DNA of 64,000 bases from Octopus sinensis (GCF_006345805.1 NC_043012.1:19592001-19656000), one strand, 5' to 3'. Shown: positions 40,584 through 54,586, counted from the stretch's first letter. Notes: generated by a model from the sequence alone, not told the origin. Numbers and translations: made by a program.

Positions 40584-41707
40584 TGTCTGTGTGTATGTTG
40601 TGCGCGCGTGTGTGTGTGAGAGAGAAATGATTTAGACTTATATTTCACACGTGATTTGTAAGGATAGGCTTTAGTTGCTGGTGTACTGTAACCGAATTTA
40701 CTGATATAATAATTGCTTGTTTCTTACCTCGGAGTGAATACCAATTTTATTTTATTAAAATCTCCGTGCGCTATGCGAAAATTCGATTAAAACATGCACA
40801 ATGTGCTTATTTACAAACATTTATTCGAAAAATGATGAAATGCTGCCTTATGTTAATCACATCATATCTACAAATTTTCTGAAATTCCGCACTGTTAGAT
40901 TTCTTAGCATATGACACGGTGTCATTTATCCAGGTCAAAGCACAAATAATTGATATCTAATTCCTAAATACTTCACCTAATTGCGACGCTTGCGTGGATT
41001 ATAGAGCGTTTTTGAAATAGTGTAAAATGTTTGATATATTTTCATATTTCATACAAAATCTTGATCTGGCAAAAGGTAAAAAATATTTGCTTAAATTATC
41101 CTTGGAAAGGCCAAAGCCTGCTGAAAGTTCATGTCATCAACCATTTTCTGAACAATTCACGGCCATTAGAGACCTTTGATGAAACTGTAATAGATAAGGT
41201 AGAATATATTGGATCCCATAAAAACCTTTTTACTATATAAGTAGATGAGGCCTCTTAAAAATTGTCGCGTGAATATTGCATTTGATCAGAAATAAATTGT
41301 GCTAAAATATTTGAATACGATGAGCGCTATGATGGAATTGAAACACGTTCGCTCTAAATTAGTCCACACAAGTAGAGTGTATAGAATCTATCCAACCACG
41401 TGTAAATTTCTGTTGGGTTGGAGTTATATACTCATCTGCGTCTCATTGAAAAGTGAAAGAAATTGTAATACGATAATTATTTAATGCATTTTATATACAC
41501 ACTTTATATACTTTATGCAAAGCGCTCATAAAATAATATTCCCTTTTATTTTTCCCTTTTACCCTTAAGAATATATATATTTATATGCCGTACATACGAT
41601 ACTATATTTAGATAAATAGCATATAATTTGCCACGTAAGTAAGCGTGAATATTTTGCGGACTTGCGCTTATGTGCATACGTTAAATCATAGGTGATATAA
41701 AAATAAT

Positions 41708-42104
41708 CTTACTCTTTACTCTTACTCTTTTACTATTTTACTTCTCTCAGTCATTTGACTGTGGCCGTGCTGGACCCAGGACTTATTCTTTGTAATCCTA
41801 GTACTTATTCTATCGGTCCCTTTCGCCGAACCGCTAGTTTACGGGGACGTAAGCACACCAGCATCGGTTGTCAACGATGTTGGGGGGGGACAAACACAAA
41901 CACACAGACATACACCCACACATACATATATATATACATATATACGACGGGCTTCTTTCAGTTTCCGTCTACCAAATCCTCTTAAAAAGGCTTTTGTCGG
42001 CCTGAGGCTATAGCAGAAGACACTTGCCCAAGTTGCCATGCAGTGGGTCTGAACCCGGAACCATGTGGTTCGTAAGCAATCTACTCACCACAGAGCCACT
42101 CCTT
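41708..42104 (-). mobile_element. SINE family A, full length
   Basis: Reverse complement of head, central domain and tail. Confidence 0.92.
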
Positions 42105-42109
42105 CTTTT

Positions 42110-42560
42110 AAAATGACACTTCTCACTATCCAATCACCCTCGTCACCTTCACGAACATCATCTCCACCAGCACCTCCTCCAGCACCAACATTTCCATCTC
42201 TACCGCTACCGCTATCCTCATATCTCTCCTCACTCTATCCCCTCTGTCTCTGCCTTTCTCTAACCTCACCATCAGCATATCACCCCTGTGCTAAAATTAT
42301 TACGTTCTCTCTACCTCACGTCAAGGAGGCTTCTCTCTCTCTCTCTTTCTCTTCCACCTTTTTCTCTCTATATTTTTCTTTCTCCCTAGATCTGTCTCAT
42401 TCTTCACCCTATCCTCTCCCTTTCCTTTCTCCTCTCTTTCCTTTCATCTAATCACGTACAACGTTACAATTATATTCCTTCTACCTCACTTGTGGACGCT
42501 TCTCTTTCCGTCTTTTTCTCTCTCCCCCTTTTCTTTCTCCCTCTTTTTCTCTAATCATGT
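42110..42560. repeat. Pyrimidine-rich low-complexity tract
   Basis: CT/CA-rich with almost no G. Similar strand-biased tracts occur near 14640-14760, 16080-16500 and 28690-28810. Confidence 0.8.
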
Positions 42561-43176
42561 GAAAGCGTTACCGTTGGGCTAAGTAACGCAATGACACGCA
42601 TAATTATTATGAAATTCAATAGTGAATAGCGACAATATTATTTAATTACATAAGAATCCTATGCATTTGCCGAACTATTAAGTTTAAATTATAAATGTAG
42701 AAGAGAAAACAAGATTTATTACATGTCACATAATGTAAGAATGTTTAGAAAAAAATCGCACATTGACGTCAATACACTTTGGTTAGCAGTTAAAGGAATA
42801 TTATTTATTTTGTGATATATCCTAATTCAATATGCTCATGGTTTGTTCGTCTACTTGATGGAGTGCTGTGCTAGATAAAATCTGTCGTAAGGATTAACGC
42901 GTACAAATAATAACTGGCGCGCGCGCACTCCGATCTGTTTAGGAGATGGTGTTTATCTTTTTCTATACTTTTCAACACTTTTAAGCAACAGTTGATAAAA
43001 TATGAAATTTATTAACAGACATCTTTCCAGTCACAGGCACCAACTAGTGTGAACTAAGCAATTCTAGAAAGCAGGAAAAGTTATCTAATCAGTGTTTGTA
43101 TAACGAGCAAATGTTGACTTTGTGAACGTCCCACATACACACCTATGCAATCATGTATAGTCGCGTAACAGAATTT

Positions 43177-43331
43177 GATCATCTGCAAAGCCCTATCGCT
43201 TGATTTTGTATCTTGACGGTTACTTACGAATAGGGATATTATTAATAGATATGGCAGAACCGTTAGTAAGTTGGACAGCTTTTTTAGTATCATTTCTTTT
43301 GGCTGTAGATTGTGAGTTGAATCCCTGCCGT
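43177..43331 (+). repeat. 155-bp segment duplicated at 43909-44063
   Basis: GATCATCTGCAAAGCCCTATCG...GAATCCCTGCCGT in both copies. 3 substitutions, offset 732 bp. Confidence 0.92.
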
Positions 43332-43640
43332 GACCGTCGTTTGCCTTTCATTCATTCGGATTTGATAAGATAAATACTAGTTAAACAGAGGGCTCGGTGT
43401 TATGGACCAACCCCTTTCTTTTAAAATTTCAGATCTTGTACCTAGCCTAGAATCGATATCTTCAATAAATATACATGCGACGATGAGCTGACAACCGTTA
43501 GCACGCCGAACAACATGCATAAAATTCTGAGTTCAAAATCCGCTGATGTAAACTTGTCTTTCATCATTGCTGGGTCGATGAAAGAAGTACTAATATAGTA
43601 TTTGGGTCAATGTAATCAACTTCCCACTCCTTTCAAAAGC
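43250..43640 (+). mobile_element. Two old SINE family B remnants (about 43250-43400 and 43480-43640)
   Basis: ATGGCAGAACCGTTAG..GCCTTTCATTCATTCGG and CCGTTAGCACGCCG..TCTGAGTTCAAAATCCGC..CTTTCATC. Confidence 0.65.
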
Positions 43641-45357
43641 TGTTTGTCCGTTACCAAAATTCGAAGCAATAATAATTGAACATATAATTAGTGTTGTGGG
43701 TATGCAAAACATGTTGAACGTCGGAAAGAATCCCTTTGCAATGTTTTCGGGAATTCTTTTACTTGAATAACTGAATAATTATTGAAGCCAACATCGACTT
43801 TCGAATATGTAGTGTTGGTAATATGAAGTGTCACTGAGATGATTCAGTTGATTAGATCTAATAAATCTTTACTCCAATTTTATTATAATTTTTCTTGCAT
43901 GTCACATCGATCATCTGCAAAGCCCTATCGCTTGATTTTGTATCTTGACGGTTACTTACGAATAGGGATATTATTAATAGATATGGCAGAACCGTTAGTA
44001 AGTTGGACAGCTTTCTTAGTAGCATATCTTTTGGCTGTAGATTGTGAGTTGAATCCCTGCCGTTATTAATAGGCATTACAAGTTCCAGTCTCTGAAATTT
44101 CAGACACATTGATTTATTCAAACTGTAGATAAACCATTGAATAAAGTAAAGCATTTTGGAAAAGACCGCATCAAATTATACAAGCGAAAGCTTCCTTACA
44201 AGCCTATATCCTCAAATATGTATCTTTACAAAAACCCGAAATATATATTTATGTTTCTTAAATTATTCTTATTATATTTTATATTTTATTTCAAGAGGTA
44301 TATATTTTCGTCGATTATTTTCATCATCATCATCTGTGAAATCAATTGATATTTAACCAAAAAAATGTACTCAGTATTCACAAAGTATTGATTATGCTTA
44401 TGCATATTTAACGTGCCTCTTTCTTATGAATTCTATTTGACTGCTTTTGGCCATGTAAGAATAAGGATGGATTCTTATAACAATTTTTGTTAATACATAG
44501 TGTAATAGAATACACGAAATATATTTCTAATTATATCATAAAGTCAACATTGCTCTGAGATACAATAAAATATAATCCGCCTACCTTATCACGTGGATTT
44601 CCTAAATGATCATATTATTGAAGCAAATATGAATTCTAGCCAGCAGCGCAATATGATCTTAAAAATTTTCCCTTCCTGCCTGTACAGTATCCGATGTGTG
44701 AAATAACAATTTCCGTTTTACACCCAAATTTAGAAATGTCTTTATGCGCGCGCGTGTGTGTGAGAGTGTGTGTGTGTGTATAATTTCACTGAACTGATCA
44801 TTCAGTAGAGCAAACCGTTTATTGAGTTGGTATCTTACCATTATCGGAAATATCGCGCCAATTACTACTGCAAATTTGCACCATTTTCATAAATGAAATA
44901 TATTCATCTTCTAATCTGCATTTTGATTTCCTCACCCTCAAGCAATGCAGGAGAGACAATTATACTGAAATATATACGTGTATATATTCATTCAGCCGTG
45001 TACGCATATAGGGGCAGGGTGACACGAGCTGTGATCATACATAACCACTCACAACCAAAGCATACGTATGTATTTACACACAAACACACACACACGCAAG
45101 TATATAATCTATATATATACATACATACATATATATGTGTATGTACGCGCGCTCGTAAGCACCTATGTGTCTGCGTATCTTTATATATAATATATATATA
45201 TATAATATATATATATATATAATCGTTGTGTAAAAAGTATCTTATTTCCAGATTATAACTACATCTCCTTTGCATACACACTTCAGTAGAAACCCAGAGA
45301 TATGTGCGTATAAGTGTTTATGAGAGTATGTACTAATATAATCATGAGTGTGAAATA

Positions 45358-45510
45358 GGTGTGTGGGGAGTAGCTTGCTTACCAATCACATGGTTCCGGG
45401 TTCAATCCCACTACGTGCCATTTTGGGCAAGTCTCTTCTGCTATAGCCTTGGGCCGACCTAAGCCTTTTGAGTGGATTTGGTAGATGGAAACTGAAAAAA
45501 GCCCATCACA
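45358..45510 (+). mobile_element. SINE family A 5' half
   Basis: GGTTCCGGGTTCAATCCCACTACGTGCCATTTTGGGCAAGTCTCTTCTGCTATAGCC. Confidence 0.85.
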
Positions 45511-45554
45511 GGCGTACTTATATGTCTACATGTATGTGTGTGCGTGGGTATCGT

Positions 45555-46508
45555 TTCTAATTCAAACTGCTCCAGCCTTTCGAATGTCATCCTTGCTGTA
45601 TGTGACCGACCATCAACCTGATGAAAGAACACCTGTCTTGAAACCCAAAATAGTATTTTCCTTCTAGCGCTGACTTAAGACGCTCAAGCTGCTCGAAGGA
45701 TATCTCCCTTGTTATCGTTTGGCTTGGGCTGAACAGCTCAAACTGTCCTAAATCTTTCATATCCCACCAAACAGATAACAACACCTTTCGTGGGTGATAA
45801 TCTTCTTTAGCCGGTGTTTCTCCTTCCCCTAGGTACTGTCATACGGCGCTTGACAGTTTTAGAGCGAACCATTTCTCGTTACCTGTCACTGTTCGGTCCA
45901 AAGATTTTTCATTCGTGAGAGTGACTGCAAAGGAGAGCAAACATTCACTCTCTGCGGCTGATTAGACTCAGAACGTTTGTGAGCAACCCATTGCCCCAAT
46001 TTGCTGAATTTTCCCGATGGCACGCACGCGTCGCTGAATGGTTAAATGCTCAAATCGAAGCGTCTCTGTGAGTTCCTCAACAGTTACGATAGGCTTTTGC
46101 TCCACCAGGATATGAAGGACGTCTTCCTCAATCTCTATAGTTCTTCCAGGACGAGGCTAGTCTTTTAGGGTGTAGTTTCCGGCTCGGAATTTCTGGGAAC
46201 ACCGTTGGCACTGGCTCACGCTTATTGCCCGACCCTCATATATTGCATTAATATTCCACGCAGTGTCACGTTGTTGCTTTTATTGAATTCATAAAGCAAA
46301 ATATACTGAATATGCTCCGTTGTCACCTCCATTATAAATTTGAATAAATAACTCTTAAAATCGAACTGCACTCTTCAAAACATGCACTAAGAATAAGTAC
46401 AAGGTAAAATTACTACCTGGTTTTACAGCAAGTTGGCGCAGATAGTCCCTTCCGACTTTTAGTTCATGTATTTGAAAAAACCGTATTATTTATGGGATGA
46501 CTAAATAT
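45555..46508 (-). mobile_element. Decayed mariner, 5' TIR retained, 3' truncated
   Basis: ATG at 46332: MEVTTEHIQYILLYEFNKS, then SVSQCQRCSQKFRAGNY and MLLSVWWDMK. TIR-like TTATTTATGGGATGACTAAA-TA at the right end. Confidence 0.85.
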
Positions 46509-46532
46509 ATTATTATATATATATGCTTGCAT

Positions 46533-46675
46533 ATATATTAAATGTCTACCGCTAAGTACTCTACATAATGTATTTCTTCTCCACCGATAATAGCGTGAGC
46601 ACATTCATGTGTATGTATATTTCTATGTATGCATGTATGTCTGTATATGTGTATGTGTATGTATATATGTATGTT

Positions 46676-46736
<61 letters not shown>

Positions 46737-46866
46737 AACATATACATATACATACACATACACATATACAGACATATAAATATACATACACACGAATGTG
46801 CTCACGCTATTATCGGTGGAGAAGAAATACATTATGTAGAGTACTTAGCGGTAGACATTTAATATA
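46533..46866. repeat. ~330-bp near-perfect palindrome centred on (AT)n
   Basis: Non-repetitive arms ATATTAAATGTCTACCGCTAAGTACTC...GCACATTC match perfectly over about 70 bp, with the first mismatch (A/G) just inside. Confidence 0.92.
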
Positions 46867-47430
46867 AGTTTGTAACTTAGTAATCCATAGCAATAAAATC
46901 ATATATTAAATTTATCAGTTCTCTGCGACTAGGAATCCTCGTCCAAATTTAACTTGAAATATGGCTTCGTGCTGCTCGGTAAAATTCATGTTTCCATTCA
47001 ATGTAGCCGTTATATAATGGAAATTGTTCTTTAGATTTATATCATTTTGCTTGCTTGGCGTAATTTTTATACTTCGAAAGAATAATTTTGTCAGTGATAT
47101 ATAAATATTCACCTGGAAATAACGAGCAACTTTCGATGTAAAAGAATAGAAACAATCCTATGAAGAAGGATGATCATAGGAATTCTGATATATTTCAAGC
47201 CCAAATTTGGCTACTTATTTCCTCCTATAGAAATTTATGACGGACGGCAAATGTGTCCACACTTCTTGTAGCTATAAACGTCATGAGTAGGACCAACATC
47301 TCCATCGAATGTGATTTCATATCTATCCATCTATACATACATATATATATGTGTGTGTGTGTGTGTATTTATAAATATATGTATTTATATATACATATAT
47401 TTATAAATATATATGTATATATACATACAT

Positions 47431-47476
<46 letters not shown>

Positions 47477-48171
47477 TATGTAACTACATGTGGATTGTTG
47501 ACGATATATATATTATAAAACTAAGACACCAACTAAACGCGCGGACATGTTTTAAAGATTACACGAATCATTACTTTCCTAATGTTCTGTGCATTCGAGT
47601 AATATTCGTATCTTATGGAGAAATTCTGTAGTAAATATTATGGTTTCTAATGTCTGGTTATGTACTTGCACTTCCACAAAACAACTACTGTTTATGCAAC
47701 ATATAATGATAATTGTCTATATAATTGTCTATATAATTGTCTATTGTTTTTTCTTTTTCATTTTTTTAGAAAGTAAATTTCCTTGCTGAAGAAATCTTAC
47801 GAGTAAAATAGTATAGAATTGCCACCGTGGTTTCAGATGCTAAAAGTGCATCCACATTACACCGAGAGTAAAGATTTTAGCCTCTTCAGTGCATACGTAT
47901 TCAAATGTGCCATGACTGAAATTTTTGTCTTCTATATGATGCATTTTATAAATACGATTCTAAAGACATATGGCCTATATTTTTGTTTTCAAATAAAACT
48001 CCGGCAAACTTTACTTTGGTAATGATTAGAAATGAATAAGGTACTTTCATTTAGTAAGTGTAATTAATTTTCGGGCGATAGGTATTACAAATCAAGCTAT
48101 TTTACTCTGTCGAAATACTAGAAAATGATTAAATATATTTCTAACCAGAAAATTAAAAATAAATTCTACGT

Positions 48172-48478
48172 CAGAAGACGCTTGCCTCCCAGCAACATAG
48201 TTCCGGATTCAGTTGCAACTTGGACAAGTGTCTTCTACTATAGCTTCCGGTGGACCAAACGCTTGTGAGTAGATTTGATGCATGGAAACTGAAAAAAGCC
48301 CGTCATATATCTATATATTGATGTGTTTCTGTGTTGTGTGTTCGGACAACCAATGTTGATGTGTTTACAACCCTTTAACTTAGAGGTTCGACAAAATAAG
48401 GAGTAGAATAAGTACTAGACATACAAAGAATAAGCCTCAGGATCGACTTCAGTCAGATGATTGAAACAAGAAAAGGGA
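48172..48478 (+). mobile_element. Diverged SINE family A copy with internal deletions
   Basis: TTGGACAAGTGTCTTCTACTATAGC, GGAAACTGAAAAAAGCCCGTC and tail GATTGAAACAAG. Confidence 0.8.
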
Positions 48479-49358
48479 TACAATAAATCCACTCGAATCT
48501 ATAAAGACATAGACGGAAGCTTATATGTCAATGGAAATTTGGGCGTCAGTATGTGCACAGTTGGTTTTACATAGCCTTAAGAATATTAGAGTAGGCTTCT
48601 AACTAAAACCTATAAAAAAATTATATTTCACGAACACCGACTGCAACGAGTACGCGTGAATGCGAGTATATATATGTATGTATGCGTCTCTATGTGTGTA
48701 TGTATATATGTGTGTAGGTAAATATGTAAGTATATATATAACGATACATATATATATATGAATATATATGCATGTATATATATACATATATATATGTTCT
48801 CAAACCGATAAATTGACTGCTGCTAATTATTAGCTGCAGGCTGGTTTTTCGATTATCAGCGCGCCAAAAGTAGAGGCATTTGAAAGATACATCCGAACGT
48901 AATAGGTTGTACTTTTTGCATGCGGGACTCCGGTACCGTTTTTCATCTAGTACAGCATATTATGCTCATAACAAACTACGCTGACGAAGCTACAGATATC
49001 CTTGTGATATTAATAGCTGAAACTGTACGGTACGTAGGTGATTATTCCATTTCGTATATTTCTTTTGTCTCATCCATTGCTTTAGGTCGTGCTGAATTTT
49101 ATTTTTATTTGAGAACAAAATCTTTGTGGAGAATGGCGATTTGACGTCTATATCTAGCATGTTGACTGTCCACCTTTTCGTGTTCAGTCCTTAATTGGTA
49201 TATATAAATATTTGAATCTTCGGATTCTTTTTAATGTGCTAGACCACTGTTTTAATTGACTAATATCAATTTTTACCCTTAATTTTTGAATATATATATA
49301 TATATATGTACAAATAAGTATATATATACGCATTGATATATATCCATAAACATATGCA

Positions 49359-49398
<40 letters not shown>

Positions 49399-49631
49399 CA
49401 TACATACATACATACATACAAACCCCTACCGTTATGCACACATCCATGTATATGTGTGTCTGGAGTCTGATGACGCACGTTATTCTATATTTATACGAGA
49501 ATTAGACACAGTCAACTGCAAGTTCATACACACACACACACACGTTTGTTTTGTATACATATAAGTGTACTTGTAGAATTTGATGTATATATGAGTGAGA
49601 TCGAGTAACAAACATATAGATACACGGATAT

Positions 49632-49696
<65 letters not shown>

Positions 49697-49705
49697 CAGA
49701 CATAC

Positions 49706-49789
<84 letters not shown>

Positions 49790-49800
49790 GGATAGACAGA
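49632..49800. repeat. (GATA)n microsatellite
   Basis: Directly visible. Confidence 0.97.
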
Positions 49801-52064
49801 TGCGTGTTATGATGTTTCATCAAAGTTTTGCATGTTCAATCATATGTAAGTATATTGGAAGTGCGCCAGTAGCCTTAAAAGCGTAACTGGTACTGGATCA
49901 GGTATTCTTTTATTAGACTAAACCAGGTTTCTACGATATCGTTCTTACATTTGATATAAGTATCTGATTCTGTCAAAGCTGTTAACTTTTTACGTAGCCA
50001 TCGCATTTGTCATTGGTAATTCCTTAGCTGTTTAAACGCTGGTGGTTTAGTCTCTTGTATTCATATCTACCGCATCAAATTATTTGAGCTTGATTCGCTC
50101 CATCGACAATCTGTAATATTATTACCATGAATATATATTGTATTTATATTGTGGAAGCAATTTCCATAGTGCATACGGTTATTAAAGTGTTGTGTTATCC
50201 TCAGACTGTTTGATACCGTACATCAGGTGAAGCTTCATTTGGCTTGTGACTACATTTTTAAAACGTTGTCAATGGCGGGCTTTCAATTTCAGTCAATTAT
50301 GTTCTATTTAATAACGGCGGACATCTCGAAATATTTCAATTGCTGTTACCAATTCAATGATTCATGATGGTTTAATGTGTCTGAAACATAATATTGTATA
50401 TACCTCATCGATCACTTCGCTCATGAGACCAAATTTCTCTGTTATATCGCCAACACCCTCAAAAAACATTGTTGATTTAGTAAGTATATTTTAATGTGTT
50501 AGGACGGCCACAATTCTTACGCTTTCATGGAAAACTAAAGAAATTCTTTAACAACTACAATTGACAATGATATGCTATTACTACCTCCGATACCGTGTTA
50601 TTGCACGTATTTATATTAGGACGTTCCATGTTTGTCTCTGCTAACATTAGTAAATCAAACACTAGTCGATGAGAAAATAAATAGCACGTTTCTATATGGC
50701 ATTGAAAGAGCCTATGTAGCTATAAATCTGGAAGTCTATATTATGTCCGAAGTTTCCCATTTCCTAATCTAATACTTTATATACATTAATAGTCATTAAA
50801 GTAATTTATTCACTAATGTAGTTAGCTTTCGGTAACAAAATATGCTCCCTGCTGTATTATCGTTAATCTAGATTACACGAACATACACTAGCATGCATGT
50901 ATATATATATATATATATATATATAAAGAGTGGGAGAGACAGACAAACAGACAGAGAAAGGGTGAGAGACAAACGGACAGTTAGAAGAAGAAAGAAAGAG
51001 AGTCAATAGATGAGATTCAAGCACGCTCAATGTAGTGTCCAAGTGATTTGAATTTACACTCCGAAAACTTTATTGTAGAATATGAAGCAGCTGTCTGGCC
51101 TGAAATATCATACTCTCCCATTAGAATTCTGTATGTCTTGCATGCCTTATACATAAAGGTTCATCTTTCGCTTCTCTCTCTCTCCCTCTGAGTGTGTGTG
51201 CCAGTATATGTGTATGTGTATGAATACATTATGTATCAAACCCAGCCGTGGTTATTTGAATCATTATCTTTTTCTCAGGGTCGTTCTTTTTTGTTGTACA
51301 CGTAACGGAACGTCCTGTGTCCACATACGTCTTTATAGTATATATATAAGTATGTACATATACGTATATATATGTACATACTTACATGCATATATATAAA
51401 TATATATATTATTTATGTTTTATCAAATTAATTCTGATGCACACTCTATACGATCTTTTTTCCCTTCCGTTTTTCTCTCTTATTCTCTTACCTCCTTTTC
51501 TCCCAATATTATATCCTATTAATCTGTCACTCTCTCTCCCTCATTCCTGCTACTTTGCTCACGTGGTTCCCACATGACCATCGGTCATCTTTCTTTCTCT
51601 CCGATGTAGCTGGAACAAGGAAGGTGTGTTCTTGTTTGTCTCCTGTCCTAGCTTGATTTGCTTATTCGCCACTAGGTTTAGCAGCCCTTCCTGATTGTTT
51701 TCACAGTCCTTTTAGTGTTACCTATTTTGCCTCTCCGCAAAATCCCAAATTTTATTTAATTTATTTTGCGGGAGGAACTCTTTCCTCGAAAGCGTAAATT
51801 GTTGTTAAATGCTCGAAACACGAGTTTGTTTTGTTTGCTATTTGTGTCTTTCATTATTAGAAAAGAATCGGTCATGTTCCATGTACACATGCTTTGTACT
51901 TTTTTGTTGTATACGTTTCCTGACGTACTGTGCCAACATGCATATACATACGTATAGATGTATGTATGTACATATACGTATGTATATATGCACATATATG
52001 TATATATGTATCTATGTATGTATCTATCTATATATATATATATTTATTTATATTATATGTGCGT

Positions 52065-52380
52065 GTGTGTAAAGAAAAAACAGTTTTGCAGGGTACAACA
52101 AGGCACTACAATACAAACAATGGGTTATATACCTGTTGTAATTTAGTTAGCCATAGTCTGATAATATCTCGGAATAAAATTCCTTATTCAGATATTCTTA
52201 GATGGAGTTGCTGCTTTAATCGTTTTAGCAGCGACTCCTTCCAAGAATAACTAAAGAAGGAATTTTGTTCCGAAATATTATCGGACCGTGGCTGGCAAAA
52301 TTACAACAGGTATATAGCCCATCGTTTATAATATAGTGTATTGTTCTACCCTACAAAACTGTTTTTTTATTTACAAACAA
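52065..52380. mobile_element. Old fold-back element (MITE-like), arms of about 140-150 bp
   Basis: Manual alignment of the left arm with the reverse complement of the right arm gives roughly 83 percent identity, no indels and a loop of about 8 nt. Confidence 0.8.
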
Positions 52381-52499
52381 TACACAATGCTTCAAGCAAA
52401 TTATAATACTCTCCTATATATATGTGTGTGTGTATGTGTGTGTGTTGTGTGTGTGTGTGTGTGTTGTGTATGTATTTGTCTCTGTGTTCTCCCTACACT

Positions 52500-52667
52500 A
52501 TCACTTGACAACTTATCTTGGTGACCCCGTAACTTAGCGGCTGAGCAAACCAATAGAACAAGCACCAGGCTTACAGAGAATAGGTCCAGGGATCGATTTA
52601 TTCGACCAAGAGGCGGTGCTCCATCATGGCCATAGTTAAAATGATTGAAACAAGTAAAAGAATAATA

Positions 52668-52668
<1 letters not shown>
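52500..52668 (+). mobile_element. SINE family A 3' half
   Basis: CCCCGTAACTTAGCGG...GGCGGTGCTCCATCATGGCC..GATTGAAACAAGTAAAAG. Confidence 0.8.
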
Positions 52669-52739
<71 letters not shown>

Positions 52740-52742
<3 letters not shown>

Positions 52743-54005
52743 GGTCAGGCAAAATGATCTGACACATTTGTAGGTTAAATAAAAGGCAAATGAAGTAAAG
52801 AAACAAAAAAGTGTTTTTATTTTACATATAATGCCATTTTCTTTCATTATGTTTTTAAAATCATATCAGTCAAATGGGATCCATTATTGTCCACACACTA
52901 TCGAAAGCGTTCACGAAAGTTGTCAATAACTCGGCGGGTCATTTCATGTGGAATGGCAGTAATTTCTTGACGAATTGCATCTTTAAGTTGTTCAATAGAT
53001 CGAGGGCGATTAATGTATACCTTTGACTTGAGGTATCCCCAGAGTAAAAAATCGCACGGATTTAAATCAGGTGAACGGGCGGGCCAACCGATGTCACCAC
53101 GCAATGAGATCAAATGACCAGGGAACATATTCCTCAAAATCCCCATCGCACGTCGAGAAGTGTGGGCTGTTGCCCCATCCTGTTGAAACCAAACATTGTC
53201 AATATCGTGGAGCATATTCAATTTTGGTCTGAGAAAAGTCTCTAGCATCTCACAATATCGATCAGAGTTCACAGTCACTGTAACGTTGTCTTCTTCGAAG
53301 AAGTACGGACCCCATATACCGAATTATGCCACAGCACACCATGCAGTCACCCGAGGACAATGCAAAGGGCGTTCATGCAGCTCACGAGGGTTGTTCTCGG
53401 CCCAGTATCTGAAGTTTTGCTTATTCACTGTGCCACACAGGTGAAAATGTGCCTCGTCACTGAACAACACAACTGCTGCATGAGGGACATGTTATTGAAC
53501 TTCCAAACACAATGCTCTGCGAGTTTCAGTGTCTCTTTCGCTGAGTTCTTGTGCCAACATCATTTTGTATGGATGCATTTGAAGATCATTGTGAAGAATC
53601 CTTCGCAAACTTCTTTCGGAAAGTCTAAGAGCCTGGGCGCGTTTGATTGTGGAACGGCGTGGAGACTGTTGAACTGAAGCTCTTACTGCTGCCACATTTT
53701 CTGGAGTTCTGGCGGTGCGAGGTCGGCCGGTTGATTTTCGTTTCAATGCAGATCCAGTAGCTCTGAAGTTGGTAACCCATAACAAGATTGTGTTTCGAGC
53801 TGGTACGGGATCATGTCTACCAAGATTGAAGTGCAAACGGAGCGCTCTTTGTGTTGCAAATACAGAATCGTTTGTTTTGATAAACGTTTCCACAATGAAA
53901 GCGCGATGATCACCAGTCCAATTCATGGCAGCAACTGAAAAAGGAACGAAAAACAATGCCTTTTATTTAAACTACAAATGTGTCAGATCATTTTGCCTGG
54001 CCCTG
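52740..54005 (-). mobile_element. Full-length Tc1/mariner-superfamily element of the DD41D (rosa/Visitor) group, 1266 bp
   Basis: 49-bp TIRs CAGGG(T/C)CAGGCAAAATGATCTGACACATTTGTAG(G/T)TTAAATAAAAGGCA with 2 mismatches, flanked by TA on both sides. Confidence 0.95.
52847..53926 (-). pseudogene. DD41D transposase, 359 codons, 3 in-frame stops, no frameshift
   Basis: MNWTGDHRAFIVETF...FSDEAHF...FQQDGATAH-...-WPARSPDLNPCDFLLWG, with 41 residues between the 2nd and 3rd Asp. Stops at 53492-53494, near 53325 and at 52898-52900. Confidence 0.93.
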
Positions 54006-54586
54006 TATATACACACACACGCGATTACATACACGCACACACGAATGAATACTTTACACCGCTACTACAACGGTGAGGGGTTGGAATTGTTACCGTGCAG
54101 GAGAAAATACAAATAAGTGCCATTTGACCACTAGTATTAATGGAATCAACTAACCATATTTCTAGCACCATATTGTTGGCCCTGTGCTTATATTAAAAAG
54201 AGAAAACAATATTGTTTTAGCGCTCATGCATTAAGTAATACTAGAAACGCATCATATTCTTGTTTCTCGAGTGGTACATCTTCATAGCAAATCATTCACT
54301 TGAATTTGTTTGTATCATATTAACCCACTCGTATATTCAGCTTTGATTCTTTCATATCCTTCTGAAAATGTGAAAGTAGTTTAGAGTTAAAAGTTTTAAA
54401 ATAGTTCGTGCAAGTAATCGTATTAATCATAACATTAAACTTTCTACATACACTGTTGCCGGTATTTCTTGCTTTTGGAAAATCTCAAAATCCGAATATA
54501 TATATACGTATGTGTGTGTGTGTATGTGTGTGCATATATATATATGTGTGTGTATATATATATATATATCTATATATATATATATC

